From positions 3,299,077 through 3,323,076 of the forward strand of contig CAXXWF010000001.1 of assembly GCA_963665865.2 (NCBI GenBank): a stretch of 24,000 nt of DNA, read 5' to 3'. This DNA comes from Syntrophomonadaceae bacterium (GTDB taxonomy: Bacteria; Bacillota; Syntrophomonadia; Syntrophomonadales; Syntrophomonadaceae). The position numbers and the translations under genes were made by a program. Positions 1 through 10,127 of this stretch are shown here, one piece after another. The notes under the pieces are model-generated. The model made no database searches and was not told the DNA's origin. It saw nothing but the letters and a program-made list of their open reading frames with translations. Numbering within the stretch: the stretch's first letter is position 1; each line of letters opens with the position of its first letter.

Positions 1-1180
1 GTCCACATATAATTTGATGTCGGTAATCAAACTCAGGCAGCTTTTCGCTGAACTCTTCAATGAAAAATGGCCTTTCCGGTCTTGGTCCCACCAGGCTCAT
101 TTCCCCTTTTAAAACATTAACAAACTGTGGTATTTCATCTAAACGGGTTGTTCTTAGAAAATTTCCTACTCTAGTTATACGGGGATCCTGTTTGTCTGCA
201 AAAACTGGACCTGATAACTTTTCTGCATCCTGAATCATCGTTCTAAATTTATATACCTTGAACACCTTTCCCCTTATTCCCGTTCTCGTCTGAGAGTAAA
301 ATACGGAACCTGGAGAATCAATTTTGATCAAAGCAGCAATTATCAATGAAATCGGCATTAATATTATTAAAGCAACAAATGAAAATATTATATCCATCAA
401 CCTTTTTACAATTCCCGTATTACTTTCAGATAATATACCTTGTAATTGTATTATGGGTACATCTCCCGCACTCACTAACTTGGCCCGTTGCAGCAATATA
501 TCGTACACCCCAGGCACTAACATAATTATTTTACTTTCACTAATTGCATAACTAACTAATATGTTTCTCTCTTTCTGTCCAACTGAAGAACATATCAAAA
601 TTACTTCTATTTCATTTGCAATCGACGAATTAATATAGTTGCTCCAGCTGCCCTCAAAATTATCTTTGCTGTTCAGCCTAAGCTCTTTCGCTATTGTTAA
701 GCCGTGACTTAATGAAACATTTATTGAGCTTAGAAGTTTTTTTATTTCACCAGAGTATCCAATAATAAGGGCTTTCTTCGGATACTTTATTAAGAGTCCT
801 TTTCTCCAAACGATATAGCGCCATGTCGCCAAAAGAAATAATTGCATGACCCCCGATATTAGGAAAATGGATCTTGGAACCGCAAATTGTCTAAATAGAA
901 ATGACAAGCTGACGTTTATAATATCTGTAAGGATAACTATACACACCAGCGATGCTAATATCTCATCAAATTTGATATATACGGAGTAAAGATTATATAC
1001 CATTAAAAGAATTACAAATACGCTAACAAACCAAGGCAGCATGTAATAAAAATCTTTAAGATTAAATGCTGGGAGTTCCCTTCCATAACGTAAATAGAAA
1101 GATAGAAAAAATGAAATTATATATACTGAAATATCTATAAAAGCTACAAGAACCTTATTTAATTTAATTGAAGAAGTCAT
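1..1180 (-). CDS. Exopolysaccharide biosynthesis polyprenyl glycosylphosphotransferase (bacterial sugar transferase), 3' end beyond window
   Basis: Manual minus-strand translation (absent from the ORF track because it runs off the edge): starts [33 protein letters not shown]..., has N-terminal TM segments, and ends ...[25 protein letters not shown]...[42 protein letters not shown], the family signature. AGGAGG precedes the ATG. Confidence 0.93.
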   Translation of the reverse strand, partial: [393 protein letters not shown]

Positions 1181-1446
1181 ACAACTGCCTCCTGGAGATA
1201 AATATTCATCTTGTTAATCATTTCTATACAATATATGCAATAAACTTTTTTAATTCGATATCTGTTTACTAATTCCCTGCAAATTTTCTATAGCTTTTCA
1301 TGGTAATTTTTATGCAGATAAATATTTTCCGACTTTAGAGGTATTTTTTTGACAACCCCTTGTGGGCAATTTAGGAAATTGTCGTTATGGGATCAAGGTG
1401 TTAAAATGAATAGTGCAAATATTTAATTTTGTAAATTTACCGGACC

Positions 1447-1476
1447 GGGAACTTTTTTTATGGGCCGGGTGTCTAA
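1447..1476 (+). promoter_or_regulatory. Candidate ECF-type promoter (GGGAACTT - 16 nt - GTCTAA), possible autoregulation of the sigma factor
   Basis: GGGAACTT at 1447-1454 and GTCTAA at 1471-1476, upstream of the TTG start at 1522. Resembles the AAC-type -35 of group IV sigma factors. Confidence 0.5.
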
Positions 1477-1521
1477 TAACTAGCCTGGTATATGTACTAG
1501 GTGATTCAGGGAGTGTAGTTT

Positions 1522-2094
1522 TTGACGACTGTTAAAGACCTAACCGAAAAAGCCCAGCGGGATGACCTGAGTGCTTTCGAGGAACTGGTGCTTATGTACC
1601 AGGATAGGGTTTATTCTCATTGCCATTACTTGGCAGGGAACCCTGACGATGGCCAGGATCTGGCGCAGGATGTTTTCGTTCAGGCGTTTAAAGGTATTCG
1701 ATCTTTTCGTAATGATGCTGACTTTGGAACCTGGCTTCATAGAATCGCAGTAAATCTGTGGATTAATTTCTGCCGCCGGAATAATAAAGTAGTAACATTT
1801 TCACTGGATGAGCCTTTGCCGCTCCGAGACAGCGAAATAAGCCGCGAATTGGCTGCTAGCGATGAAAGTCCCCTGGAAAAGGTAGAGCGCAGCGAATTCA
1901 ATGCGATGGTGGAAACCGCTCTTAACAGTTTACTGCCTGAGTTTCGAACCGTTCTGGTGCTGAGAGAAATGGAAGGATACAATTACGATGAAATTGCTGC
2001 TGCACTGGGCTGTTCTTTGGGGACAGTCAAGTCCCGGATTAATCGGGGGCGAAAGGCTTTAAAGAAGGAACTGGAAAAACAACTGAAAGCGTGA
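1522..2094 (+). CDS. ECF (group IV) sigma-70 family RNA polymerase sigma factor, SigW/RpoE-like
   Basis: Region 2 (AFEELVLMYQDRVYSHCHYLAGNPDDGQDLAQDVFVQAFKGIRSFR..FGTWLHRIAVN) and region 4 (LPEFRTVLVLREMEGYNYDEIAAALGCSLGTVKSRINRGRKALKKEL) signatures. TTG start. Confidence 0.95.
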   Translation: MTTVKDLTEKAQRDDLSAFEELVLMYQDRVYSHCHYLAGNPDDGQDLAQDVFVQAFKGIRSFRNDADFGTWLHRIAVNLWINFCRRNNKVVTFSLDEPLPLRDSEISRELAASDESPLEKVERSEFNAMVETALNSLLPEFRTVLVLREMEGYNYDEIAAALGCSLGTVKSRINRGRKALKKELEKQLKA

Positions 2095-3098
2095 TGGGCA
2101 TGGACTGCAGGAAATTTGAACAACTTATATCTCCTTTTCTGGATGGTGAACTGGGACCGGTCGAAGCCGGCGCAGTAAGGTCTCACCTGTCTGTGTGTGC
2201 AGCTTGCCAGCAGGAGTATGAGGATCTGCTTCATCTTTCTGTTTCTCTCAAACAGATGGGAGACATTCTTATGCCTGCGCCAATTGGTTTTAAGGATACA
2301 CTCATGCAGCGTATTAGTGAAGAAAAGGTTATTACTCCGGTTAAGACTTCTCGTTGGTTTAATCGAAGCTGGAGGCAGGCTGCGGCCGGTGCAGCTGCGG
2401 CCCTGTTGCTGATTTTCGGTGCGGCCAGTTTGAATATCAGCCCTGTTTTTCAGCTAGCGGAGAAGAATCCTATAATTGAATCACAACCCGGTGTTAGCAG
2501 CCCCGGTGTAGTGACCCCTACGAATAATGGCAGCCCTGCACAGCCTGGGGTTGTAACTCCTGGGCAGCCTGAGGGGATAACTCCTGAGGTTACAAAGGAC
2601 GGTACCACTCAGCTAGCAGCTTCAGACCCTGTTGCGAATAGTTTGCGTTCTGCTCCGGTATTCTTAAATAAGGAACGAGCTATAATAACCACCATGCTAA
2701 AAGTAGACGTAAATGGATCTAACTCGGCTTTGGAGAAAGCTCTAGCACTTGCGGATAATGCGCATGCTAAAACTCAGAATCTAGGCCAATCGGTAAATGA
2801 AAATGGCAGTTACACCGCTCTTAAGATTACGGTTGCGAAGTCCTCTGCTAGTAACTTGATTAGTGAACTCAGCAGCTTGGGTACGGTAAGCAGCAAGGAA
2901 GTAGATAAGAATGATATATCTGCCCGTTATACGGAAACCCTGTCCCAATACCAGACACTGGTTACCCAGCGCGCAACTTTACAGGATGCCAGCCAGAAGG
3001 CTCAGCTGGATCAGCGGATAGAGACCCTGGAAAATCAGCTTCAGGATTGGGAGCAAAAAGCTGAGCAGGAAACCATCGTACTGTGGCTTGAAAAATAA
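2091..3098 (+). CDS. Zinc-finger (ZAS/zf-HC2) anti-sigma factor with DUF4349-like extracytoplasmic domain
   Basis: Overlaps the sigma gene by 4 nt. N-terminal CRKFEQLISPFLDGEL..VRSHLSVCAAC (HxxxCxxC), a central TM segment (AAAGAAAALLLIFGAASL), and a C-terminal coiled region typical of DUF4349. Confidence 0.88.
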   Translation: MMGMDCRKFEQLISPFLDGELGPVEAGAVRSHLSVCAACQQEYEDLLHLSVSLKQMGDILMPAPIGFKDTLMQRISEEKVITPVKTSRWFNRSWRQAAAGAAAALLLIFGAASLNISPVFQLAEKNPIIESQPGVSSPGVVTPTNNGSPAQPGVVTPGQPEGITPEVTKDGTTQLAASDPVANSLRSAPVFLNKERAIITTMLKVDVNGSNSALEKALALADNAHAKTQNLGQSVNENGSYTALKITVAKSSASNLISELSSLGTVSSKEVDKNDISARYTETLSQYQTLVTQRATLQDASQKAQLDQRIETLENQLQDWEQKAEQETIVLWLEK

Positions 3099-3131
3099 GA
3101 TTAATAAAATAGAATAAGATGTTTTATCGTA

Positions 3132-3154
3132 GGCGCCTGAGAGGGCGCTTTTTT
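3132..3154 (+). terminator. Rho-independent terminator after the anti-sigma gene
   Basis: GCGCC-TGAGAG-GGCGC followed by TTTTTT. Confidence 0.75.
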
Positions 3155-3194
3155 GTGAGCTATATATATCATCAACCGCACTCCCCTGGCTTCC

Positions 3195-6100
3195 CTACTG
3201 GGTATAAATCTGGTCCAGAATCGCGGCGGTTTCGGCGCGGGTAACGGGTCGGTTTGGATCCAGGTATTCACCGGTGAATATGTTTAATAGGCCCCGTTCA
3301 TACATCTGGGAAAAGGCATCCCGAGCCCAGGGTGGTACAGAAGCTAAATCTTTATACGGTAACCATTTCTGCTTCGGTTTGGTACCTGACAGATGGAAAA
3401 TAATAACTGCCAGTTCACTGCGAGTTACAGCCCGATCTGGCTGGAAACTTCCATCCGGATAACCGCTGATTATGCCTTGCTCCCGGGCTGCCAGAGCCGC
3501 TTCCAAAGCCCACCAGGGAATGTCGCTGGAATCACTGAAATTGGACTGTTCGTTCATGACGGTCAGGGTCAGATACTGCATATTGGCAATCATTGCTAAT
3601 AATTCCGCCCGGCTCAGGGATTGATCAGGATGGTAGCTGCCATCACCATATCCTGCGATTATTTTCCTACTGGCCAAATCTTTAATATATTTTTCTGCCC
3701 AATTACCGCTTATATCAGTAAAGCTGCCCACAGCTGGCACAGTTGGATAAGTGTTGATTTCTGTATCACTTACTTTCATCCCGCCGCTGCGCGTATCCAA
3801 TGCCACCACCAGCAAGTCGGTTTCGTTCTCCAACAGGTGATATAAACGGCTGAATCGCCCGTCGGTAACTATGATGCGCTCGTGACTGCCATCTTTGCGG
3901 TACAGGTATAAGCGATCCGCTGTAGTATAGCCCTGAAGAACTAAGACCCCGTTTAAAGCACTAGCCGTTATTTCTAAATCGGGTGCCGCCTTTTGATCCG
4001 AGCTCACATTTGCTTCTACTCCTGCTAATACCTGCGGCCAGGGTGACGGAGATAGTAAGGTAGTGAGGTCAACTTTCTCGCCCGCCCTTAGATCCTCAGC
4101 ATTTATACAATAACCGCCTTTGCTGATGCGGGTAGAACTGCTGTAGGTATATTCAGATCCGTCGCTCATTACCAGAGTCTTAGTATCCGAATTAACTGAA
4201 GCCAAGGTTTTTACCGTTTCTTTATCAATTTCAGCCAAATCAATCCGCCATGCCTGTTTTTCAGTCGGATCGCTAATAATCCGCACCCAGCTGCCGGAGA
4301 TAATAGCTGCGGAATCCAACGGAATCCCATACCCGAACACCTCAGTCTGCTTATCAAAGGTATAATCTTGGGATTGGTTGTTAGAGTCTATTATGTAGAG
4401 ACTTTTTTGCTGGGTACTAGCATATACCACCCGCCCGTAACTTACATTACTAAAGGCCTGCAGTTGAATGATGCTAGGTCGATCCGGCATCAGCAGGGCT
4501 CTAACCCAAATCCCGGCTTTTAGTGCTTCTAGCGATACCTCTTGTCTGTCCATATATATAGTGGTACCAGGAAAAAGCTGGTAGGTTTGACCCGTATCCA
4601 GGGTGATCTTCTCCTCTTTAGTATTAACTGAAGCTACTTGCCCTATGGCCATGGGTCTTTCCAGCATTAAAGATTGCACCACCTGGGTTTGGGGAGAGAC
4701 CTGCACGGTAACTTTGGTTCCGGGCAAAAGTTTTTCTAAATCATTTTGTTCTGCCGAACCATAAGGAGTATCCCGAGCTGTGCCGTCCAGTATTTTATCC
4801 TGATAGGATATAGCCGCCCAAGGGGCCAATTTGTATGTATTTGGGTCGCGCAGGAGCTTAACCTCTCGGGTTGCAGGGTTAACCTCAGCGATGAAACCAC
4901 TTATTTCCTGGTTGTTTGCCTCCAGCTTCCACAGGGTTTGGAGAGCCGGGTTTATGCTGGCCTGCAACTCCGATCCGGGTGGAATATCGATGATACTGGC
5001 TGCCGGCTGGCCGTTCACCATAATACCACCAGCAGCAGCCCGAGGATCCAGATAATAGCCTCCTTCTCTCACTCCGGTATTCATTTCTAACAGAAGATCC
5101 CCCTCGGCGGTAGGCAGGGCTTGTATCCCTCCGGTTTTCCAGGTTTGCCCGAAAACATAAGCACTATTGGAAGTCAGGTAAATGTCGCTGCCCGCCTGGA
5201 TACTAGCTGTTGAATTGACCAGAACGCCGTCCACTACCTGATGCAGCTTAAAGGTTTTCAGGTTGACCTTTGTGCCATCCAGCAGAAGTATTTCATTTTT
5301 ATCAATATTCTCAACCACCTGCTTTTTAAGAGTCTGACCATACACCAGGGCAAAATCCTGCCCACCGGACGAGCCTATTTTGTTGGCCCGAATTTTTATA
5401 GTGTACTCGCCGGTTTCGGATAATGGGATAGACACCTGTTCAACGTTATTGCGATCATCGGCCTTGCCCTGACTGGTAAAATCGTTACCATAATAGCTTT
5501 TTCCGCTCGGGTCCTGCACGATCAGGTCGAGATTGTTAACCAGGGCTGAACCGGATCCCAAAATAGCCGGAGGGTCTACCCAGGCCAGGGTTACTTTCAC
5601 CGGCATGGAAGTATCAGTTACCTGCAGCTTATATTCCTTAGTTTCTCCCTCTTCAAGTCTGGTTTTTTCATCAGCTATATTAAAGGTACCCTCCTGTAGT
5701 GCCAGAGCTGTACCGGCCAAATCCAGTATACCAAAGCCCTCTTCCGCAGTATTACCGGTCTGGGGCTGAGCCCCATTTATTAATAAGGCCTTAAGTAACG
5801 CTGATGAAGGATTGGGCATATTCAGCTGAGTGTTCAACTGTTCCCGCAGCAAGGCCAAGGCTCCGCCGGTTACTGCGGCTGCCATGCTGCTGCCCCCCAT
5901 ACGGGTATAGAGCGAATTGGCGGTATAATTACTCTCTACCAGACTGGAGCAGGCAGAAATTAGGGCTGAACCCGGAGCCAGCAGATCGGGTTTGATACGA
6001 CCATCCTGAGTCGGCCCCCGGCTGGAAGAGTCTGCTGGCTGGTCGGCGAAGCGAGCCTCGGGATCAAAGGCAGGACGCGGAACCTGGCTGGAACCTACCA

Positions 6101-6776
6101 CCAGCGCATTCTTGCTGTTGGCCTCAGAAGTGAGCGTACTATTACTGGGGCCACTATTGCCCGCTCCGAAGACTGGCAGGAAATCCGGATACCGATATAC
6201 AAAACTATCGATCTGGGATGAACTGGTATTATAAGTGTTAGTACCACTGCCCCAACCATCTACATGAATTCTTACTCCGGCGGAATAGGCAGGGCGGAAG
6301 AGGTCATTTAGAAGATCGGGGATTTTTAGGTTATTGTTTTGATCTAATAGGGCTTGAAAATATAGGCTGGCACCAGGAGCAATGCCCTCGTATTTCCCTT
6401 GCGAAGCCTTACCGGTGCCGGCAATGGTCGCAGCCATGAAAGTGCCGTGTCCGTTGGGATCATCAGCAATTGTGCGATCGGTGTAAGATTTTAGCATAAC
6501 TACCTTGGGCATGTCTCCAGTTTCACTTTGCAGATCAGGATGAATATCACTCATGCTGCCCTTGTCCAGACCGCTGTCTGCAATGCCCACAATTTGACCC
6601 TTACCGCTCAGTCCGGTGGGGGTAATTATGTTTCTGACCAGCAGGGGGCTGGCGCCGATGATGTCAGCAGAACGGTCGTTGGCTAAGATAGGATCTATAA
6701 AACATTGAAAAAATAAGCACAAACAAAGCAACAGTGATAAGTAATCCCGCCACCGTTTTTTATATATGTATTTCAT
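3195..6776 (-). CDS. Secreted S8 (subtilisin-like) serine peptidase with C-terminal S-layer homology (SLH) repeats
   Basis: Catalytic motifs GIADSGLD, HGTFMAATIAG and GGSSMAAAVTGG. Three C-terminal SLH-like repeats (FTDISGNWAEKYIKDLASRKIIAGYGDGSYHPDQSLSRAEL etc.). Signal peptide. Confidence 0.94.
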   Translation of the reverse strand: MKYIYKKRWRDYLSLLLCLCLFFQCFIDPILANDRSADIIGASPLLVRNIITPTGLSGKGQIVGIADSGLDKGSMSDIHPDLQSETGDMPKVVMLKSYTDRTIADDPNGHGTFMAATIAGTGKASQGKYEGIAPGASLYFQALLDQNNNLKIPDLLNDLFRPAYSAGVRIHVDGWGSGTNTYNTSSSQIDSFVYRYPDFLPVFGAGNSGPSNSTLTSEANSKNALVVGSSQVPRPAFDPEARFADQPADSSSRGPTQDGRIKPDLLAPGSALISACSSLVESNYTANSLYTRMGGSSMAAAVTGGALALLREQLNTQLNMPNPSSALLKALLINGAQPQTGNTAEEGFGILDLAGTALALQEGTFNIADEKTRLEEGETKEYKLQVTDTSMPVKVTLAWVDPPAILGSGSALVNNLDLIVQDPSGKSYYGNDFTSQGKADDRNNVEQVSIPLSETGEYTIKIRANKIGSSGGQDFALVYGQTLKKQVVENIDKNEILLLDGTKVNLKTFKLHQVVDGVLVNSTASIQAGSDIYLTSNSAYVFGQTWKTGGIQALPTAEGDLLLEMNTGVREGGYYLDPRAAAGGIMVNGQPAASIIDIPPGSELQASINPALQTLWKLEANNQEISGFIAEVNPATREVKLLRDPNTYKLAPWAAISYQDKILDGTARDTPYGSAEQNDLEKLLPGTKVTVQVSPQTQVVQSLMLERPMAIGQVASVNTKEEKITLDTGQTYQLFPGTTIYMDRQEVSLEALKAGIWVRALLMPDRPSIIQLQAFSNVSYGRVVYASTQQKSLYIIDSNNQSQDYTFDKQTEVFGYGIPLDSAAIISGSWVRIISDPTEKQAWRIDLAEIDKETVKTLASVNSDTKTLVMSDGSEYTYSSSTRISKGGYCINAEDLRAGEKVDLTTLLSPSPWPQVLAGVEANVSSDQKAAPDLEITASALNGVLVLQGYTTADRLYLYRKDGSHERIIVTDGRFSRLYHLLENETDLLVVALDTRSGGMKVSDTEINTYPTVPAVGSFTDISGNWAEKYIKDLASRKIIAGYGDGSYHPDQSLSRAELLAMIANMQYLTLTVMNEQSNFSDSSDIPWWALEAALAAREQGIISGYPDGSFQPDRAVTRSELAVIIFHLSGTKPKQKWLPYKDLASVPPWARDAFSQMYERGLLNIFTGEYLDPNRPVTRAETAAILDQIYTQ

Positions 6777-6815
6777 CTATGAGTACTCCTACTATATATT
6801 ATTTATCATGCCTCG

Positions 6816-8732
6816 CTAAGGCCTAACATTATTCAAATTAACATTCGCGTTCATATACGCGCCTATGGCGTCGGCTATCGCCTGGGAGGCCAGATCTCTG
6901 AACTGCTGCTGCTGCAGCAGCGCTTCCTCGGTCGGATTGCTGATAAAAGCCAGTTCAACCAGGGCTGATGGCATCACAGATTCCCTCAGTACCGACAGGT
7001 TACTCTGTTTTACGCCGCGGTCTGCCCGTCCCAAACTGGCCACCAGAGACTGTTGTAGTCTAAGTGCCAGATTGTAGCGTTCATCCTTTTGCAAATAGAG
7101 CCCCGGATTTTCCAGCGGAAAATAGCAGTAAGTCTCAGTTCCATAAGGGGCGGAACTGGTACTGGCATTGCAATGTACTGAAACAAATACAGACGCATTA
7201 TAAAGGTTAGCGATGTTGCTTCTATCCATCAGGGACACATTCGTATCGTCTGAGCGTGTATATACCACTTTAATACCCTTAGCGGTAAGTAACTGACCAG
7301 CTTGCAGAACGACAGGCAGATTCACATCTTTTTCGGCCAGGTAAGCACCACTGGCTCCCGGGTCGCTCCCCCCATGCCCGGCATCGAGTACCACAATGGG
7401 CACACGGGGCTGGATTTCACTCTGATCAATAAATAATATATTTAGCCCTGTACCGTCACCATTAGGACCTATCGAAAACTTGGCTGCTTTAGTAGTAGTT
7501 ATGGTCAAAACTGTACCAGTCTGTCCTTGAGGCTGTAAAACCATGCTGCTGATGAGAGGACTGTTGAAATTGTAATTGGCTGACGCCGAACCAACCAGAG
7601 CATTGGTAAACACTACCTCCAGACGATTGCTGGCAGTAGAGGATGTATATTGCATAGAGGTAACTGTACTTATAGTGATATTTTCACCACTGCTGCCAAA
7701 GGTCTTGCGGCTCACGTCATAAATATAGTTGGGGATAATTAAGACCTCTCTTTTCCCGTCATTCTCGGTTGCGGTTGTATACTGCACCCCGCTGGGAAGC
7801 TGTATGTTCACTACGGCGCTGTCGCCCTGGTTGCTGCCCGAGGCGTTAAGCACGGCTGCCCCCAGGTATTCCTGCAGGCTGCTGGTGCCTTGCATCTGCC
7901 GGTTGGCAAACACGTAGCTGACCTGGTTCGTAGTTTTATTGATAGTCTTGTCCAGCTTAACCGCTGATTCCATCATTATACGCACCCCGTCGGCGGTTCG
8001 CTGAGAAGAGAGAGTTACCCCCTCCAATACTTGCACGGGTAAAGGGTTAGGGTCCACGGCGGCGGCGGGGCTCTTCATATTAACTGTATAAGCGGCCTCA
8101 TCCCAGGTTACCGTGCCGCCCAGGGCTTCCCCTATAAAACGCAGGGGAGCCAGAGTGCGGTCGTTGACAGTCTTAGCTGGAACATCCAGGGGCCATGCCT
8201 GGCCATTAACGGTTGGAGAAGTGGAACCTATGGTCAATACCACCGTGGTGCTGCCGCGGGTCGCGGTAACCGTTTGGGTGGCATTGTTCCAATCCACCTG
8301 GGCCCCCATAGCCTCAAAAATAGCCCGCAGGGGAACCAGCGTGCGACCGTTTTCGACAATAGGCGGGACTTCAAACTGCATCTGTTGCCCGTCCAGTATT
8401 ACTATTGGCGTCTTGGCCGCAGAGGGGGTGGTTGGTTTCGCTTGGGCAACGCTCAACAGAGATTGGTTTACCCAGCCCACTGTTTTCCCATACTGAATCT
8501 GATACCATTCCCCGCTCTGGGAGATAATGGTCAATGTGGTGTTTTTATAGAGGGTGCCGGTTACGGCATACTGAGTCCCCGCCCCGGCGCGGATATTGAC
8601 GACGCTGCCGGTCACTACTCCAGTAGCCGCGGCAGCTTGATCAGGTAAAGGCGAGAATAGAAGAGATATGTATAGAGAGACCGTTACCGCTAATAGAAAC
8701 AATAAATTCTTCGTTTTCATCATTTTGAACAT
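6816..8732 (-). CDS. N-acetylmuramoyl-L-alanine amidase with SH3 domain, copper-amine-oxidase-N-like domain and AMIN-like region
   Basis: SH3 (VVTGSVVNIRAGAGTQYAVTGTL), LDGQQMQFEVPPIVENGRTLVPLRAIFEAMGA, and amidase_3 (VVLDAGHGGSDPGASG, SVHCNAS, ALVELAFISNPTE). Signal peptide. Confidence 0.95.
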   Translation of the reverse strand: MFKMMKTKNLLFLLAVTVSLYISLLFSPLPDQAAAATGVVTGSVVNIRAGAGTQYAVTGTLYKNTTLTIISQSGEWYQIQYGKTVGWVNQSLLSVAQAKPTTPSAAKTPIVILDGQQMQFEVPPIVENGRTLVPLRAIFEAMGAQVDWNNATQTVTATRGSTTVVLTIGSTSPTVNGQAWPLDVPAKTVNDRTLAPLRFIGEALGGTVTWDEAAYTVNMKSPAAAVDPNPLPVQVLEGVTLSSQRTADGVRIMMESAVKLDKTINKTTNQVSYVFANRQMQGTSSLQEYLGAAVLNASGSNQGDSAVVNIQLPSGVQYTTATENDGKREVLIIPNYIYDVSRKTFGSSGENITISTVTSMQYTSSTASNRLEVVFTNALVGSASANYNFNSPLISSMVLQPQGQTGTVLTITTTKAAKFSIGPNGDGTGLNILFIDQSEIQPRVPIVVLDAGHGGSDPGASGAYLAEKDVNLPVVLQAGQLLTAKGIKVVYTRSDDTNVSLMDRSNIANLYNASVFVSVHCNASTSSAPYGTETYCYFPLENPGLYLQKDERYNLALRLQQSLVASLGRADRGVKQSNLSVLRESVMPSALVELAFISNPTEEALLQQQQFRDLASQAIADAIGAYMNANVNLNNVRP

Positions 8733-9085
8733 AAAACCACCCTTTAAACAAATTGACCAGGCATTAACAGCCTATATCTTAAATGCTAGTCATTTCTGCC
8801 TTTATTGCCATTTTTCCTGCTTTCCAACCCAGGTAAATGCAGGTAAAACTGCTTTAATTACCTATCTATACTTATAATACGACAACTATCTTGCATCTGG
8901 GCTGAATTATTTCTGAAAATTAACCTGAAAGCCAACTCCAGGTTGCTCTTTTTTACCTTTTTATTCTAATTTTATCATGAATTCCCGTTTATTACTTAAA
9001 ATATTTGATTACAACAAAAAGATAAAGTACACTAATTCGAGAGAGGTTAACGTCTAGTGGTTAACCATCATGTGGAGGTATTATT

Positions 9086-10105
9086 ATGGCTATATTAGTT
9101 ACCGGCGGAATAGGATATATAGGCAGTCATACCTGCGTGGAACTTCTTAATGCAGGTTATGAGATTATAGTCTGCGATAACTTTTCCAACTCTAAACCCG
9201 AGGTAATCAACCAAATAAAACAGATCACTGGCAGGGATTTTCTTTTTTTTGAAGCGGATATTCTTGATCGCTGTGCCCTGGAACAGTTATTCGCTGATAA
9301 TCCCATAGATGCCGTTGTGCATTTTGCAGGCCTTAAAGCAGTAGGCGAATCAGTCGCTAAACCTTTGCTCTATTATCACAATAACGTGGCAGGTTCCCTG
9401 ATACTCTTCCAGACCATGGCCCAGTTCGGGGTTAAACATCTAGTCTTCAGCTCCTCCGCCACCGTTTACGGCGATCCTGCCAGCGTACCTATTACTGAAG
9501 ATTTTTCCCTGGCTGCCACCAATCCCTATGGGCAGACTAAACTGGTTATCGAAAACATCCTGCGCGACCTGTACTTCTCTGACCAGAGTTGGAGTATTGC
9601 CCTGCTCAGATATTTTAACCCCATTGGAGCTCACCAGAGCGGCCTCATTGGAGAAGACCCCAATGGTATTCCTAACAACCTGATGCCCTACATAACGCGG
9701 GTAGCCGCTGGCCAGCTGGAAGTCCTCAATATATTTGGCAATGACTATCCCACCCTGGATGGAACCGGGGTGCGGGATTATATCCATGTTGTCGACCTTA
9801 GTCTGGGACATATTAAAGCCCTGCAAAAAATCATGTCCAGCAACGGGGTATTCACCTACAACCTAGGCACCGGCCAGGGTTACAGCGTACTCCAGGTCAT
9901 CTCGACTTTCGAACAGGCCACTGGGCAAAAATTGAACTGGCGGATGGCTCCTCGCCGTTCCGGAGATATAGCCCAATGCTATGCTGATCCGTCCCTGGCG
10001 AAAACTGAGCTGGGGTGGGAAGCCCACCGTAGCCTAACTGAAATGTGTGCTGATTCCTGGGAGTTTGCCCGGAGGGAGGCAAGTGAGGCACGGGGCCGGT
10101 TCTAG
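9086..10105 (+). CDS. galE: UDP-glucose 4-epimerase
   Basis: MAILVTGGIGYIGSHTCVELLNAGYEIIVCDNF; SSSATVYGDP; NPYGQTKLVIE; RYFNPIGAHQSGLIGEDP; GTGVRDYIHVVDL; full length. GGAGG upstream. Confidence 0.96.
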   Translation: MAILVTGGIGYIGSHTCVELLNAGYEIIVCDNFSNSKPEVINQIKQITGRDFLFFEADILDRCALEQLFADNPIDAVVHFAGLKAVGESVAKPLLYYHNNVAGSLILFQTMAQFGVKHLVFSSSATVYGDPASVPITEDFSLAATNPYGQTKLVIENILRDLYFSDQSWSIALLRYFNPIGAHQSGLIGEDPNGIPNNLMPYITRVAAGQLEVLNIFGNDYPTLDGTGVRDYIHVVDLSLGHIKALQKIMSSNGVFTYNLGTGQGYSVLQVISTFEQATGQKLNWRMAPRRSGDIAQCYADPSLAKTELGWEAHRSLTEMCADSWEFARREASEARGRF

Positions 10106-10127
10106 TGCCTCACTTGCCTCCCTCCGG
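10069..10127. repeat. 23-bp perfect inverted repeat overlapping the 3' end of galE (13-nt loop)
   Basis: CCGGAGGGAGGCAAGTGAGGCAC - GGGGCCGGTTCTA - GTGCCTCACTTGCCTCCCTCCGG. No T-tract follows. Confidence 0.85.

Noticed and set aside
324-551. 75-aa plus-strand ORF
   Set aside because: Lies antisense inside the polyprenyl glycosylphosphotransferase CDS (1-1180 minus).
3274-5995. Several plus-strand ORFs of 60-114 aa opposite the S8 protease gene
   Set aside because: Low-complexity or unnatural compositions with no domain, fully contained in a well-supported antisense CDS.
8113-8648. Plus-strand ORFs of 127 and 124 aa opposite the amidase gene
   Set aside because: Antisense to a confidently identified multidomain amidase, with no recognisable features or ribosome-binding evidence.
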